A stretch of 64,000 nt of DNA from Takakia lepidozioides. Taxonomy: Eukaryota > Plantae > Bryophyta. A model generated the notes under the pieces. It had not been told where the DNA came from and did no database searches. It saw only the letters and a list, made by a program, of their open reading frames with translations. The translations under genes and the position numbers were made by a program. Of this stretch, positions 36,244 through 49,200 are shown in pieces (within the stretch, counting starts at the first letter, position 1; each line of letters starts with the position of its first letter). Location of the stretch: the NCBI GenBank assembly GCA_030704615.1, contig CM060732.1, positions 69,626,001 through 69,690,000 on the forward strand, in the 5' to 3' direction.

Positions 36244-38162
36244 GTTTAATCTCCAGCATATCTCAACCAATTGACCAAGTACACTACATAGTTAATTCAC
36301 ACATTCACCGTACACTTGAGCCAAAACACCAAACATAAACACCCACCAGAGCCCAAGCCCAAATTTTGTGGCAGAGCGTAAACCTAAACAAGGAAGCCAG
36401 ATGGCTTGAATATACTTGCAAACCAGACCTTGACCTCTGACAAGCTCCACCTCTCCCAACTAACCTAATCTAGCTATTATAGTAAGACAGGCTAAAGTAA
36501 ATATGACATCCTCTATCTCCTTGTTCATCTTCATCTGAATTGTCACTAAGTCATTGAATAAAAATGATGGCTGCAACACAAGAAGAATCGATGGCCCCAC
36601 ATGGATGTAGATGGAAAGGCACCCATTTTAGTCCCCAAATTGATTCAGCTAGTTGCAAACCTGGTAGATAACATGCTCATGGTATTTCTATCCACAAGAT
36701 GGCTGCTCAGTTGGCAGACAATTCATTGATTTGGACTACAAAAGACTGTTCTTATTGGTGGCAAGCTGCAATACTCAGCTCTTCCCATGATCTACTCATG
36801 CAGGCAAGCCAGATTGACATGCACAACCTTACAGACTCATCGCTATATCCTTGTGGTCAGTTGTTATAATGTGTCAAGGATGCATTTCCCTGACATACAA
36901 GCCAAGTAACCTCTGAACTCCAATTCGAGAGGTAATCCAAGATAAAATGGGATAAACACTTCCGAAGTAAAGAAGAGCTTTCCAAGATGAAACATGGGCA
37001 GCAGGACAAAACATCAATGAAAGCCACAGGAAGAAACAAGAACAAAAGGAACAAAACCAGAAAGAATATTGTCTCATAGCTGCGCAAGTGAATCTAATGG
37101 TGCAAGGCAAATCAACTGTATCCTGTAGAACAACGACCAACTGTTTTAGCTCCCCACTCACTTCCTCAGTTCCTGACATTGGGTGTAGACATACTTAGAT
37201 TTGTCTGTCAACACCGGCAGAGCCACATCAAAACACAGAATTTACTCATGGGTAAATGATTGCCATACCTTTGTGGCCACAGGCCTGGCACCCAGTTTGG
37301 GCGGAACAAAGAGGGGCCCACTAGCATAGTGAAAAATATGCTTACCTTCAACCACAAAACATGAAGCATGAAAGAATGTTGTGTAGGTCATGTTAACATC
37401 ACAGTAACCCAGATACAATGCGACGATAGCAGAGTGAGTTGGGGTGGGTCTTTCCTGTCCTTACACACACAGTTGCTAGATATTCATCTCTCTGAAAGCA
37501 GTCTTAACAAGAGGGTTTCATTGTTCTGTGAAGTCAACTGGTAAAAGACCCACTTTGTAACTGCAAAATGCAGTCACTAGGGTTAATCCAGCTACAAGCA
37601 ATACCGCTGCCAGATGAACCTTGTTGCCCTGATTCTTGTAACTCAGTCCTCCAAAATATAGGTCACTGGGGGCTCACGTCACACCTAAATCGCATGCTGA
37701 TTACTAGCAAAATCCAGATGCTGCGATCTGTTGTCAGAGAAATGCTTCTACACTCATCTTTTCTAAACTGCTCAGAGACCCAAAAGTTGAGAAGTTGTAG
37801 GTTGCATTGAAAAGCAGTGTAATCACCCTTACCAGACACTAAGCTGACCAGGGAGGTGAGCTGAATCCTTCTCCAGAGGCAGGCTCACCTGCAAGTAGAA
37901 CAATCAGGCTCACAAACTCATAAAATGCTCTGAAAGTTACCACAGGCACCAGGATAGAATAGAATGACGGAGTGTTTATTTTGCCTTCCTGTCTTCTGGA
38001 TCCATGTGTGCCCATTATCCAAACATAAATCGACCTGCACTATCATCCTGACATCAGGTGGGGCCAAACATGCCTGACCAAATGCAGACATGGAACAACG
38101 TATGACCACATAACTAGTTAAGCTTCACTGAGCCTCACCAGTCGTTGTGGACGGGAGAACCC

Positions 38163-41100
38163 TCAACATACGCCTTCCCCCACCGTGTCAAGAATCTCTG
38201 GGGTTCTTGAGGGTGTACGGCCAATTGGGCAAGGGGACTGCTGCTTCTTGGAAGATGGGGGAGATGACTGAGGATAAGCCTGAGAGTTCTGCTGAGGTGC
38301 TGGTGACCGAGAAGGTGATCTGGTAGAGCACAATCCCATATTCAACCATGTGAGTGAGAGCATCGTCTGCATTCTCTATGTGACAGGAGCAAAGAGAGGG
38401 AGAAAGAAAAGCAAGTGCAACACATAAACAAATGAAGGAATCAGATGATCTGTACATACGACGAGTACATTGAAAGGCAGCAAGACATGTTCCTAAGAAG
38501 AATAATCTATGAATTTACCGTGAGGAGCAGCGGCCTTTAGTGCATGAAGGGGGTCTCGCATCTCTTGACCTGCGAAGCACAGGTGGAGACCTTCGAGCAG
38601 GTGGGGGTGATCGGACTTGCTCCCTTCTGCTATAGTTTCTGATAGGAGAGGGTGACCTGGAGTGCCGCTCATGGCGACGCACGGGAGGAGTGTATGAACG
38701 GTGATGGCCCCGATCTCCTGGAGAATGTGTGCTGCAGAAATTAACCAATGACAGATGTTATGATCTTACCTCAGTACACTTTTTATCAACAGCTGGATAG
38801 AATATTTGAAAAACACTCTCTCCCTTCACTATTCAGGTCTTCTCATTTGTGCAGGCCTTGCATTGGCAGCTAAGTCACATAATGCAGGTAACTAATATGC
38901 CTACTACCCTATTACATCATAGCCCACCATGTGACAGCAAATACAACTGGGACATGAGATTTTCAGCTAAATTGACCTCTTGGCACAGCAGTTGGTTAAC
39001 TTAAAAGGACAGTAAATCATCAGGTCTTTGATTTTGCAGGCATCTGTGTCTATCATCACAGTGCTAGAGCAGCTCCAGCTCTCAAGAAAAACAACTGTGC
39101 ATCCTCCCAATGAACCATGGATGCTGGGGAGCTTACTTAGAATGGCGGCGGGAAGGAGTGTGGTCCCTCGGAGAGCGTGAGCGTGAATCTGTACACAAAC
39201 AGTGAAGCTGACTACAAATCAGGTGCCTGATGTTTACCAGCTGATCATTCCCAGTACAAGAACGTAAAACTTTGTTGCAACAAAGCTTAGATGTTGCATA
39301 GAGCTCTGTTCCATAAGACAGGATGCAGGAGGAAGTAATAATCACCATGATGCGAAGATTCATGACGCCCTCCAGGGCGGCCCCTGTATACCCACCATAT
39401 ATTCCTTATGAAATCAATTGCAGGAGCATCTTCTGCATGGCCACAATTAAAGAGCACTACTAGCACACTTTAAAGGATATAGATGGTGCACCCTGTTCAA
39501 CAGCAAGTCCTGCAACCTTTTACAGACATCATCCCCAGTCTATGGCTCTTTACAGGCAGCCCACCCACAAAAACAGTCACTGAGACTGCAACCGGCTAAA
39601 GGCAATTCAATGTGAGCTAACAGACATATCTTTCACAATTCTTTAAATAAGATTGAGAAGGCCAGAGTTAGATATGAAATGGCAAGGAGGGATGCATACG
39701 ATACCTAATATGCTCTTTTGAACGCATTTCCTGAGGTTTTTTCCGATTTTCCTCTGCAAAAACGACAGTTATCTCACGACCAAAAATGAGCTGGCGGTCA
39801 AGATGGTACTGCGCCTCAGCAGCATCTGCTGGCTCCAGAAACTGAACAAATCCAAACCCTCGAGGCTCCCTGCAATGTCCATTCAGGAGTATGTCATTTC
39901 TATTAGAAAGCTCTGGACACTCCTCAATTGTTCAACTTAACACACCTGCATTCTTAAAACACACAGCAGGAAAGACGAAGGAGAAAAAATCTGAGGTATC
40001 CTTGAAGAGCAACTTACCGAATAGATCCATTTGCTGTTGGTTGTAAAAGAAAATATGGATGCTGGTCAAATTGGTATCTGTCAAGCAAAGAAGCTGCCTG
40101 CAGTATGTCTATTGTACATCTCAAGAGAGGCGAGTCAACACAAATCCTGATCACCCACAATCTGGGCGGTTGGAATCAAAGACTTACCCGTCACTGGACA
40201 GGTTTATGACCTCCCAGGATCTAAGTACTCATTTATACCGAGATGAATTTTTCTGATCAGACAGAAGCTAATCACTAGATAATACCTAGGAACTTCCACC
40301 ATCACAATGACGTCAAAAGGAAATCCCGAACAAAACCCGTCAGAAAAGATCTCAAGTAGCAGCATGTAAGGAATGTACACCTCCAATGTAGGTGATACAT
40401 GTACTATCTGCGGTCTAAATGGAAGATTGGTTTGATGTGGTTTATCACCTAGATAAACCCTCTCCAAGCTGATCGGTTGGAATTTTTCCCATTCATGTAG
40501 GAGTACAGTAGATAGCTGTCCCATTGCATACATGCCTAAGGAATGTGTCTTGAGCACACACACACACAAGCACGCAACAACCAATGCTTTTGGCAGCTGA
40601 CCTTGTGCCACAAACAGGCCACTACCGTTGGCATTAGGTGTGAATAAGAAGGAACTCCCGTTTTCTTCCCAGTTTCCCTTCCAAAATTTCTTGAGACCTC
40701 TGGGTGAATGAATGGCCCACTGGACTTGACTTCCAACTTCGACTGCGCGGCCCAAAACACATAAACTCTCTTCACACCTTCCACCTCTTCTCTTGGGCCA
40801 CCGTGGGACTCTATCTTCACTTGGAAACCCGTAACTTCTCTATTTCTTCAGGCCTTCTGGAAACTTCTGAAACTTCTGGGGTTGGTCCCCCCCCGCCCCG
40901 GTGTGAACATCAGCCTTTATGAAGTCAAAATGTTAGAGAAATCTCTAATAACCACTTATATTTCTTGTCTACAGCTCTTAGTGTGCCTTCCACCCTAAGC
41001 CCCTATATAGCCTCACTATGGAGGCTCCAGAAGTGCCTTACATTCTTGGGGTCCCATGGCCAGACCTGACCAGCAGCTTTCCCACGTATACCAGTAGCAC

Positions 41101-42379
41101 CCTTCGACAGCAGAAAGAGCTCTTTGCTTACCCGGAACCAATTGACCACATTATAAAAAACCAGATTTATACAAGCTCGTCTTTCATGGAATTTTAAAGA
41201 GAAAAAGAGAAACTCTGTCGTGCTCAGCCCACTATGATTACCTCAAACTCTCTCAAGAACCTGACCTGTTCAGCAGAAACATAACTGATCACCAGCCCAT
41301 ACGGTTTCAGAAATTCAATAAACAATGTACACAAGAGACATCTTCCGTCCACCACATTATCCCTCTGGGAGGCCGGAATGAATCCCAAAGTAAGACAAAT
41401 GCAGGGTGCTCACCTTTGAATGCCAGAATGTGACTGGCTTAGAGTAACACATTCGTCCCATAACCCCCCAACACAAACAAGAAAAAGGGAAATAGAATTG
41501 CACCCTTCGTGATTCTTCGTCCAGTTCTACTTTGTCAAAATCTGATATGTACGTGTAGCAGTACCTTTCCATGCCTCTCCAAACAGCAATAATTGTAACC
41601 AAACATAATCTAGAATTTTTATTATCATACCTGGGTCTGTTGCAGCCAAAGGCCACTCCCTTACTTAGCAAAAGAATTTTTTTGCAGAAAGTTGGCAAGA
41701 CACAACTCAAACACTTGGAAAGTAATTCAGGCAAGGAATGAGGACAAAGGCCTTCCCCCTGCACCCCTAGTGAATACTTCCAATTCCTATCCTTTCTCAG
41801 GTAAAGTTCTGAGTAAAGAACTCACCCAGTATGGAAGTCCTTAGGTAGATACACATCCCTAACGACTCCATATTGCTCAAACGGCAGGCGAAGGTCTTCA
41901 GCCCTGTAGACACCACAACTGGCCACGTTCACTACGACTGCACAGATTATTTGGTGGAAGGTTCAATTGCAGAGGTATCACTTATCTGGCACTCCTTTCT
42001 GATGAATGAAAGCAATAGTAGAAACGTCTGTAACTTGCCCCTGAAATCATAACCACGCTAATAAGCCACGCACAAAGGACACTGTGCGTGCGCTGGATAA
42101 GGTTGTAACTTCATCACAATCAAGATATCAGACTTCACTGGGCACTCGCAACATTTTCTCCCAACAACGGATAAAAACATCACTCATCCCAAATGTGACA
42201 ACCAGGAAAAAATAAAGTTGAGTAATTCTAACATACCTGCAGATGCGAGCAACATTCCGAACCAAAAGACTGGTAGGGAGCTCCTCCCGCCTGGCACTAC
42301 GACCCCGCGGACTAGGGCTGCGGCGCCTACCCCGGGAACTCCTCCGTGAAGGACTGTAGCTGGGACTACGATGCCTCAT
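38163..42379 (-). CDS. SCL: SC35-like (SCL) serine/arginine-rich splicing factor
   Basis: Exons 42379-42237, 41903-41826, 39869-39705, 39383-39346, ~39188-39137, ~38731-38519, ~38319-38163. N-terminal RS extension, RRM ([64 protein letters not shown]) and RS/SP tail. The 3' end is uncertain (possible alternative exon ~37840-37888). Confidence 0.9.
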
Positions 42380-44015
42380 GGTCGCCTTTAAGAAGAAGAC
42401 AGCCCGAAAATGACATACAGCGAAAATAACACTGTGACAGAAAGAACGATTCGCATAGAACTAGAGCGCCTAAAATTTCTCCAGGAGGACCCTCACTGGA
42501 ACCTCTACGCCAAGCTTTTGCAAGAAAATGTACACAACATTCAAGATTCACAAACAACCAAGACACTTTCAATGCCAAACGCATAATGTGCAACAAGTCG
42601 GCCAAAGAACTCCTACATTGCGCCCGAGGGGACGAACCCCGAAAGATTGCTACCCTACAACGCCCGAGTCACAGCCTTTCACCGCACAAACACCAAACAA
42701 GAGCCCGTCCTTGTACAACGTAATCAAGGAAAGATACGTACCCTCCTCTACACAAACACATAACGAGGAAGGGGAAGGGTTAACCCCCATCAAGGCAACA
42801 CTAACCTTGATCACGTCTGCAACTCGCGCGATCAGTTGATGCAGCGAAACCCCTCAACCCTACGACCACACATACACGCCTCAAGATTGAAGAGCAGCTC
42901 TCTTGCACGGGCTCTCCGACATCGGGAGATGACAAGAGATAGACGAACAACTATGGTGGCATCTTGACAAGTCGCACATAGTAAACAATAGTAAATAGTA
43001 AAACCACTCCCCCATCTTTCAAATTTCGACTGGGGGTAACCCAGTGAAACATCGGGCTACCCAAGCTTGCGGGAACGTACATCCGAACAATCTTTCAATG
43101 AAATCAATTCTCCACTAGGTTTCCAGCATGGCAAATCTCCCCTACCCTTTTCGAGAGTGACACATATTGGGGTGACACCGACATCATCAGGAGTGACAAG
43201 TGACAACACAGAAGGGGTGACAAGAGATCCACTGAATGCAAATGTTTGCCAAAGGTGGTTCCCACAACGTAGGGCCTGCCGCCCTAGACTGCCGGCACCT
43301 GTCTGTAGTCTGTACATGCAGGCGAGTCATGGGGAAATACCATACATAACCGAGCTTTTCAGCGATGTTCATCCTTCAAATTGTCATATATATATATATT
43401 TTAAAATTTATTTACAGAACAGGGGCATGTGAAGATGGGATTCCCCTCACCTACTTTTTCGCCTTAGATGAATGAAGGATGGATGATGGGAGGATGAATG
43501 CAGGATGTAAAAGGGATGGACGGAGTTAGGATGTAGTCTGGATGAACTTCTACCTAATGCATGAGGATGAGCTGGCAACAGCTTAAGGCTTTATTATATG
43601 CTGTCTTATTCTAACAGCTAGTTTAAAATCAGATTAGGATGGAATTAGGTGATGTGGCCTCTTTCTATGGTCAGGCTGGAACGACATTTGGAAAGCCTAT
43701 ATGTATGTGCCGCATGGCGCTAGGATTAGATTATGCCCTAATACTATTTAAACCCCCCCTGCCATGGCAGTAAGGGTGGTGGTTTTCATCTGAAGTCGGT
43801 GCATGTACTGGGGCCTTAGAGCCATCCACAATTGGTGTTGTATGAACGTTATGTGGATGTTTGATTCAGTTGTGTCCTCTTCGTGAGATTCCGTCTTCTC
43901 AGCCAGGCTCCTCTGCCGACTACATTCCCCTCGACAACGCTAAACCGGGAGAGGAAGGGGAATAATCCCTTGGCGCCGGAATCATGCATCAGAGGGATAT
44001 AGCTCTGATACATTT

Positions 44016-44053
<38 letters not shown>

Positions 44054-45291
44054 CATCTAAAATTCACACTCTACAATATAAGGCGAATGTTTTTCTTATT
44101 GACGAATTTTCGTCAGATTTCGACCTCAAAAAATTAAAATTAAATATTCTGTCGCAAACTGCCTGTTTATTCATGGATGAAATCGTCAAACTTCTCCAAA
44201 TAAAATATAAATTATGGATGAAGTTTCCAAATATGGATGATATAAATGGATTACAGTACAGAGGTAGATGATTCTATCCTAATTTCAGTGGATGATAAAA
44301 TGTACGGCTATTTTTTGCCAAACTCTGTAGCCACTCGTGCTATTTTAAATTTCATTAAAAAAACGCTGATATTACAAGGTGGCTGGCTACGGTGAGTAGC
44401 CGGCCTGACAGTAGGCAGATTGCATCAAAAGCTCGGTTATGGAGGTGAAAGGCAGTCCCTCACAATGAGCAGCCAATCCACATACTCTAGGAATGAGCTA
44501 CTGATTGACTTGGGCAGATAAAAATATTCCAAAACCGAGGTTTGGAGGCATTTTGCCTACGTGGCAGCGTTTAACTAGTCCTGGACAGGCCTGTCACCCG
44601 CCGTAGCCCACCACCACCTTGGTTATGTCCGGTAGACGGGGAGGCTTGACCGGCCACCGGGTGTGGCGGGAGGGGGTTGGTATCCTGTGAGCACGGCGTG
44701 AGCACAACCCCCGGTCATATGGGTTAAATGTTTTCAAACAGTGGTCATAGGAATTACATGTTAACAGGCACGGTGCATATAAGTACCTTCAGATTTATTT
44801 TCTTTTCTAAGGCTTAAACTGCCGATACCTGGACTGAACACGACGATTTTTGTTTTTTTGGGGTTTTCTGGGGTGTCCGGTTCGTATAACGTGAGGAAAC
44901 CCCACGCCTATAGGGTAACATGTTTATCGTGTATAGGTGTTACTTGTTTCATAAGTGATGCTGTGAGTAGTTAAAAAAAAGTATCGCAAAGATTTTAATT
45001 TCTCAATTTTAGTTTTGCTGGAGAATATTCGAAAGGCATCTAGGGAATATCTTTAATATTCGCTTGTGCTCCCGAGAGCATGCTCGCAAGCTACCCAACC
45101 CGGCCCCCAACCTCTAGCAGGACACCAAGAATCCCGGGCACTGCTGGTGTCCGGCTAGCCCATCTCGGCCCATCTCGCCTCCACGGCTACCTAGTCCATA
45201 GATTCCAGAAAACAATTCTAAAAATATTTTACAACAAAATGACAATATGCTCATGAATATAATTCAAGTTTTTGCTGACTTGAGCACAATA

Positions 45292-45471
45292 CCGTAGTAC
45301 CTTGGCAACTTCGACACAAATTTTAATATTTCAAAGATTGTTGAAATTTTTGGAAATTGATTTTGTGAATGATAATAAAGCATATTTAGGAATATTCCAT
45401 ATGTTGAAATGAAATTCTCAAAACAAATTAAATATTGACATATGATTGTAGATCTTGCCAAGGTACTACGG
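45292..45471. mobile_element. Tc1/mariner (pogo/Stowaway-like) MITE, 180 bp
   Basis: TA TSD on both sides; perfect 17-bp TIR CCGTAGTACCTTGGCAA / TTGCCAAGGTACTACGG with imperfect further fold-back. Confidence 0.8.
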
Positions 45472-46283
45472 TACGTTTTTCTAGCAATACAATCTTATTG
45501 ATTTTTTTTTAATTCACATCTTGTTGGGGGTGCCAAGTACTCGACAAATCTTGGTAAACTGGTATAATGTACTTGTGCCCGTCTTTTATTTGTTTTTGGT
45601 TTTTTCAGCCAATGAAACCCTGCTAAACTGGATATATCTAAGTACTCCTCGCTTTTTTGTTGAAGTAACAAGTAACCTTGTCCACCTTGACTTGTATTTC
45701 CTTTAACAAGCGTATTACCTTTAGAACCATAAGTTGTGCTCACACGATACCAAACCCCCAGCATAGAAATACCTGTAATATACTGACCATGAAGAGCTAA
45801 TGGTATAGATGACCTGCATTACATAAGATCCTTGTACCCTCCTCCCTTCACTGTCCTATTCAGTGCAAGTCCCTCGGTAGGGCCCTGCCCTGTTCCTTGC
45901 ACCTGAACCTAGGCTCCCTCTTGGTTATACCTCACCTCTCTATCCCGCCAAGCAACCCCCTCAACTCTCCTTCCTCACAATCTTGACCCACCTCTACTTC
46001 TTCGTTATGTACAATCTAGAAGCTTCACCAGACTTGGCCTGTTGGGGCCCCCACATGCTGGCACGAGATATAATCCAGCCTCTACATGTCCGCTCTCTTT
46101 AGTTGAATGTTATTTTCGAATGACTTGGGGTGCTTATTTATTAATTTGAGACCCTCTACTAGAACCAGGTGACTGAGTTGTTGTACCCAGAATATATGCA
46201 AGTGAACTAAAAGACCACCAGCAAACATTGGTATTTGCATTTGAATGCCTGATTGAAGTTGTGCAACCCTTTTGTGCAAATGA

Positions 46284-49200
46284 CTAGAAGGGAATGAAGA
46301 TAGAGTGAAACCCATAAGGAACTCTTTGTGGTAACCGTATTCTGGCTACTGGTGGATCCTCGAAGCGTTGTGCATCAAGTATTAACACCTGCCACCAAAC
46401 ATGTCAGTGCTTCTTTCTCTTGACTGGATCTAGCAAGTCTCTCAGTGTCGTTCTCATTCGAGATAATCACACTCTCATGGCCTCCCATCGCTAATTCCTG
46501 AGCTCAATTATCCACTTCACTCTGGGTTGACTCTTATGGCGTCTGGATTCAGGACAGTAGGTGGGCAGGACAGTATGAGAAGGCAGGATCTGCCACATTG
46601 CAACATAGACAAAGTGGAGACTGAGAACCATTTCTTCTTCTCATGCACTGCCTACTATCTCTACAGAGATTCTCCCACATTGGCCCAGGTCTTATATCCT
46701 ACAAAGATTTATGGTACCTTGCAGTGCACCTACAGGAGGCACATTGAAGTAGCTTTTTGAATCTATGATTCTGTTTCATCAGTAGTTTCATGTTTTGTCT
46801 GTTGATTGGGTCCTTTGGGCTTCCCACGGAGGTAGTAAATTCCTTTCTTTCTCTCTCCGTCTTTCTCTCTCATATTAGCCAAAAGCCATTGTCTGTTCCA
46901 AGGCAAGTCATACTACCGGCGGCAGCCCCTCACAAAGGTAGTTTCTGTCCCTTTTGTGGCTCAAACTGGGCACGGCGTCAATGGCCACAAGGCTACGGCA
47001 AACACCGTCCTTGAGTACATTCTCTCATTTAGCCAAGTGCTTAGCATCAAGACATATCTATAAATTTGCAAAGTCTGAGATTTGGTTTCTATGGTTCTAC
47101 TTTGTCCTTGGGGCCCTTCTTTATTATGTTCTTCTCTCTCTCACTGAAGATATTACTTATTTTTCTCACGCCCTAGAAACTATGAGATGCCATTGTCTTT
47201 TAGAGATCCCCTCTTGCACAGAGACCTTCGGCTATTGAGGACCGTTACTGATTAGGAGGTTTTTGGATATACTATGGCCATCTCTTGGCCCTCAAGGACT
47301 CTTTCTCTGTGACTCTCCTTCCAGTACCCCACATTTGAAATTCACTTAACCAAATATGTAAGACAAACTGGTTTACATGCATGTGCATTATATGAGGTAG
47401 CCTAGGATCTGGGAATGGTAACTTGTGACCTTTGGCATTAACAGCCTGCCGAACAAGTGAAGGGAAGGTGGAACTGGGTGGGCGCAATATGGAAGGTGGG
47501 TATCAGCGATGTGCACATAATGTATGTAGCAAATTGTGATCTCACCTCAGATTCGGTACTGGTGTCATCGTGCACATATGTGACTAACCAGCCATCATCC
47601 TCCTCAGTACCACCAGGCCGAGGCACAAAGGCTGGCTCCCCTACATATCTGTGTGCACCAACCTTGTGGACTTCCGTCTTGATAAGAGATGGATCCTGCC
47701 CAGTGACATTGAAATGGCTGTCAGAAATGGCTCAAAAGTATAAAAAGCTCATTCTAATAGTCAACACCATCAACTTTCATTTGGCAATGGGGAGTAGCAT
47801 CATAGCAGATATGAAGGTTGCCAGGCAGAGCAAGCCTCAGTGTCTAGGTCACTAACAGTGTCTCAGAGTGTCTAGGCCTTCTTGTACTGAATTCTTCCTT
47901 GCAAGGCCCTAAATTATTAGTAAAATAGTAAACTTGTTGTAAACTTACTTCTCAATCAGAAAGCTTCCAAAGCTCTACGCAACATCCCAGTTAGCCAAAC
48001 TATGATTTACAATGACCAGCAAGTGAATCAGAATCAGAATCAGAAAGGTTTATTGCATGCATAGAATCCTCGCTGTTGAGATTGTGCAAGTACGTCACCT
48101 GATGATGTTGCTGGTGGAAACTGAACTTGGCAAATCCTGTTGATTTTGGTAGAGCTGCAGTATGCAACTTGACAGTTACTGATATAAAGCTTTGATCAAC
48201 AGTAGCTCAATACTGCAAGTACTAGAACAGCATCTTACGGTCAAGGACACTACACCCAGAGACAGATTGTACTCATAAGACGTTTGCCGTAGCCTTGTGG
48301 CCATTGACCCCGCGCCCAGTTTGAGCGGGAACAAAAGGGACAGAACCTACCTCTGTCAGGGGCTGACGTTGGTAGTAAGACTTACCTCCATATATAGAAT
48401 TAATCCGGGTTTTCCAGATATCCTCTAGGGCTTTTGGCTCAGCCTCGAGACTTTCAAAGTTGGTAAACAGGGGTACAGGCACAATACCCTTAATAGATTT
48501 GAAGAGAGCGTCTCTTTGGTGAGAGAACCCCGGACAGTGTATCAGAAAATGAGTACTGTCTTCAGATTGCCCACACAACGGGCAATTGCACTCTCCCTTT
48601 CCTCTCTGCTTCTGTTTGCTGTTCAAAGGTAGGCTTCCTGCCCTGAGTTTAAATTTCAGTCTAGTGCCGAGAGTGGGTAGACCCTTGAGGTCATCCAAGA
48701 TGTCCTCCCCCATGTCACAGACTGGAAACAAGTTCAGGGAAGTTTTCTGCCTAACTTCATTTTCATCAGACAATCTCATGGCAACAGACATGGCTGAGGA
48801 CACTACAGCCTCTAAGTCAGATTTATCCAGCAGGGTCAAGACTTGCGGATCCAGGTCCAGGTCCTTGAGGATCTCTTCTACTCTCTTCTGCCAGGACTTG
48901 GCCTGTTTGACAGGGCGACCGTTTCCAAGATATAGAGTCGATTAACTTAGGATATCTGGTGTTGGGCATATGTTGCAGCTGACCCCACCATCTGACCTTG
49001 AATTCATCTCGTCGGGAGCTTAAGGACGGAATGCCAAACTCAGAGACAGAGAGAGAGAAAGAGAGAGAGAACTCTTACGGTTGTCTTTAGTCATATGGCT
49101 TGAATCCTGAATAACAGAGTAGAAGTATTTGTTGTCCTGTCCCAAGAATGCGTTGTTTATTATCGGAAATTCTATGGTGAGTTGGCGATCTGTGATCATC

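Noticed and set aside
44378-44620. Imperfect inverted repeat (GGTGGCTGGCTACGG.. / ..CCGTAGCCCACCACC)
   Set aside because: Too degenerate, and no TSD to assign it to an element.
48020-48060. (TTCTGA)n tail with AATAAA as the 3' end of the 48-kb LINE
   Set aside because: That LINE ends at 48267 (defined by its TSD) and a CCD exon (~48098-48155) lies in between. At most a tiny unrelated remnant.
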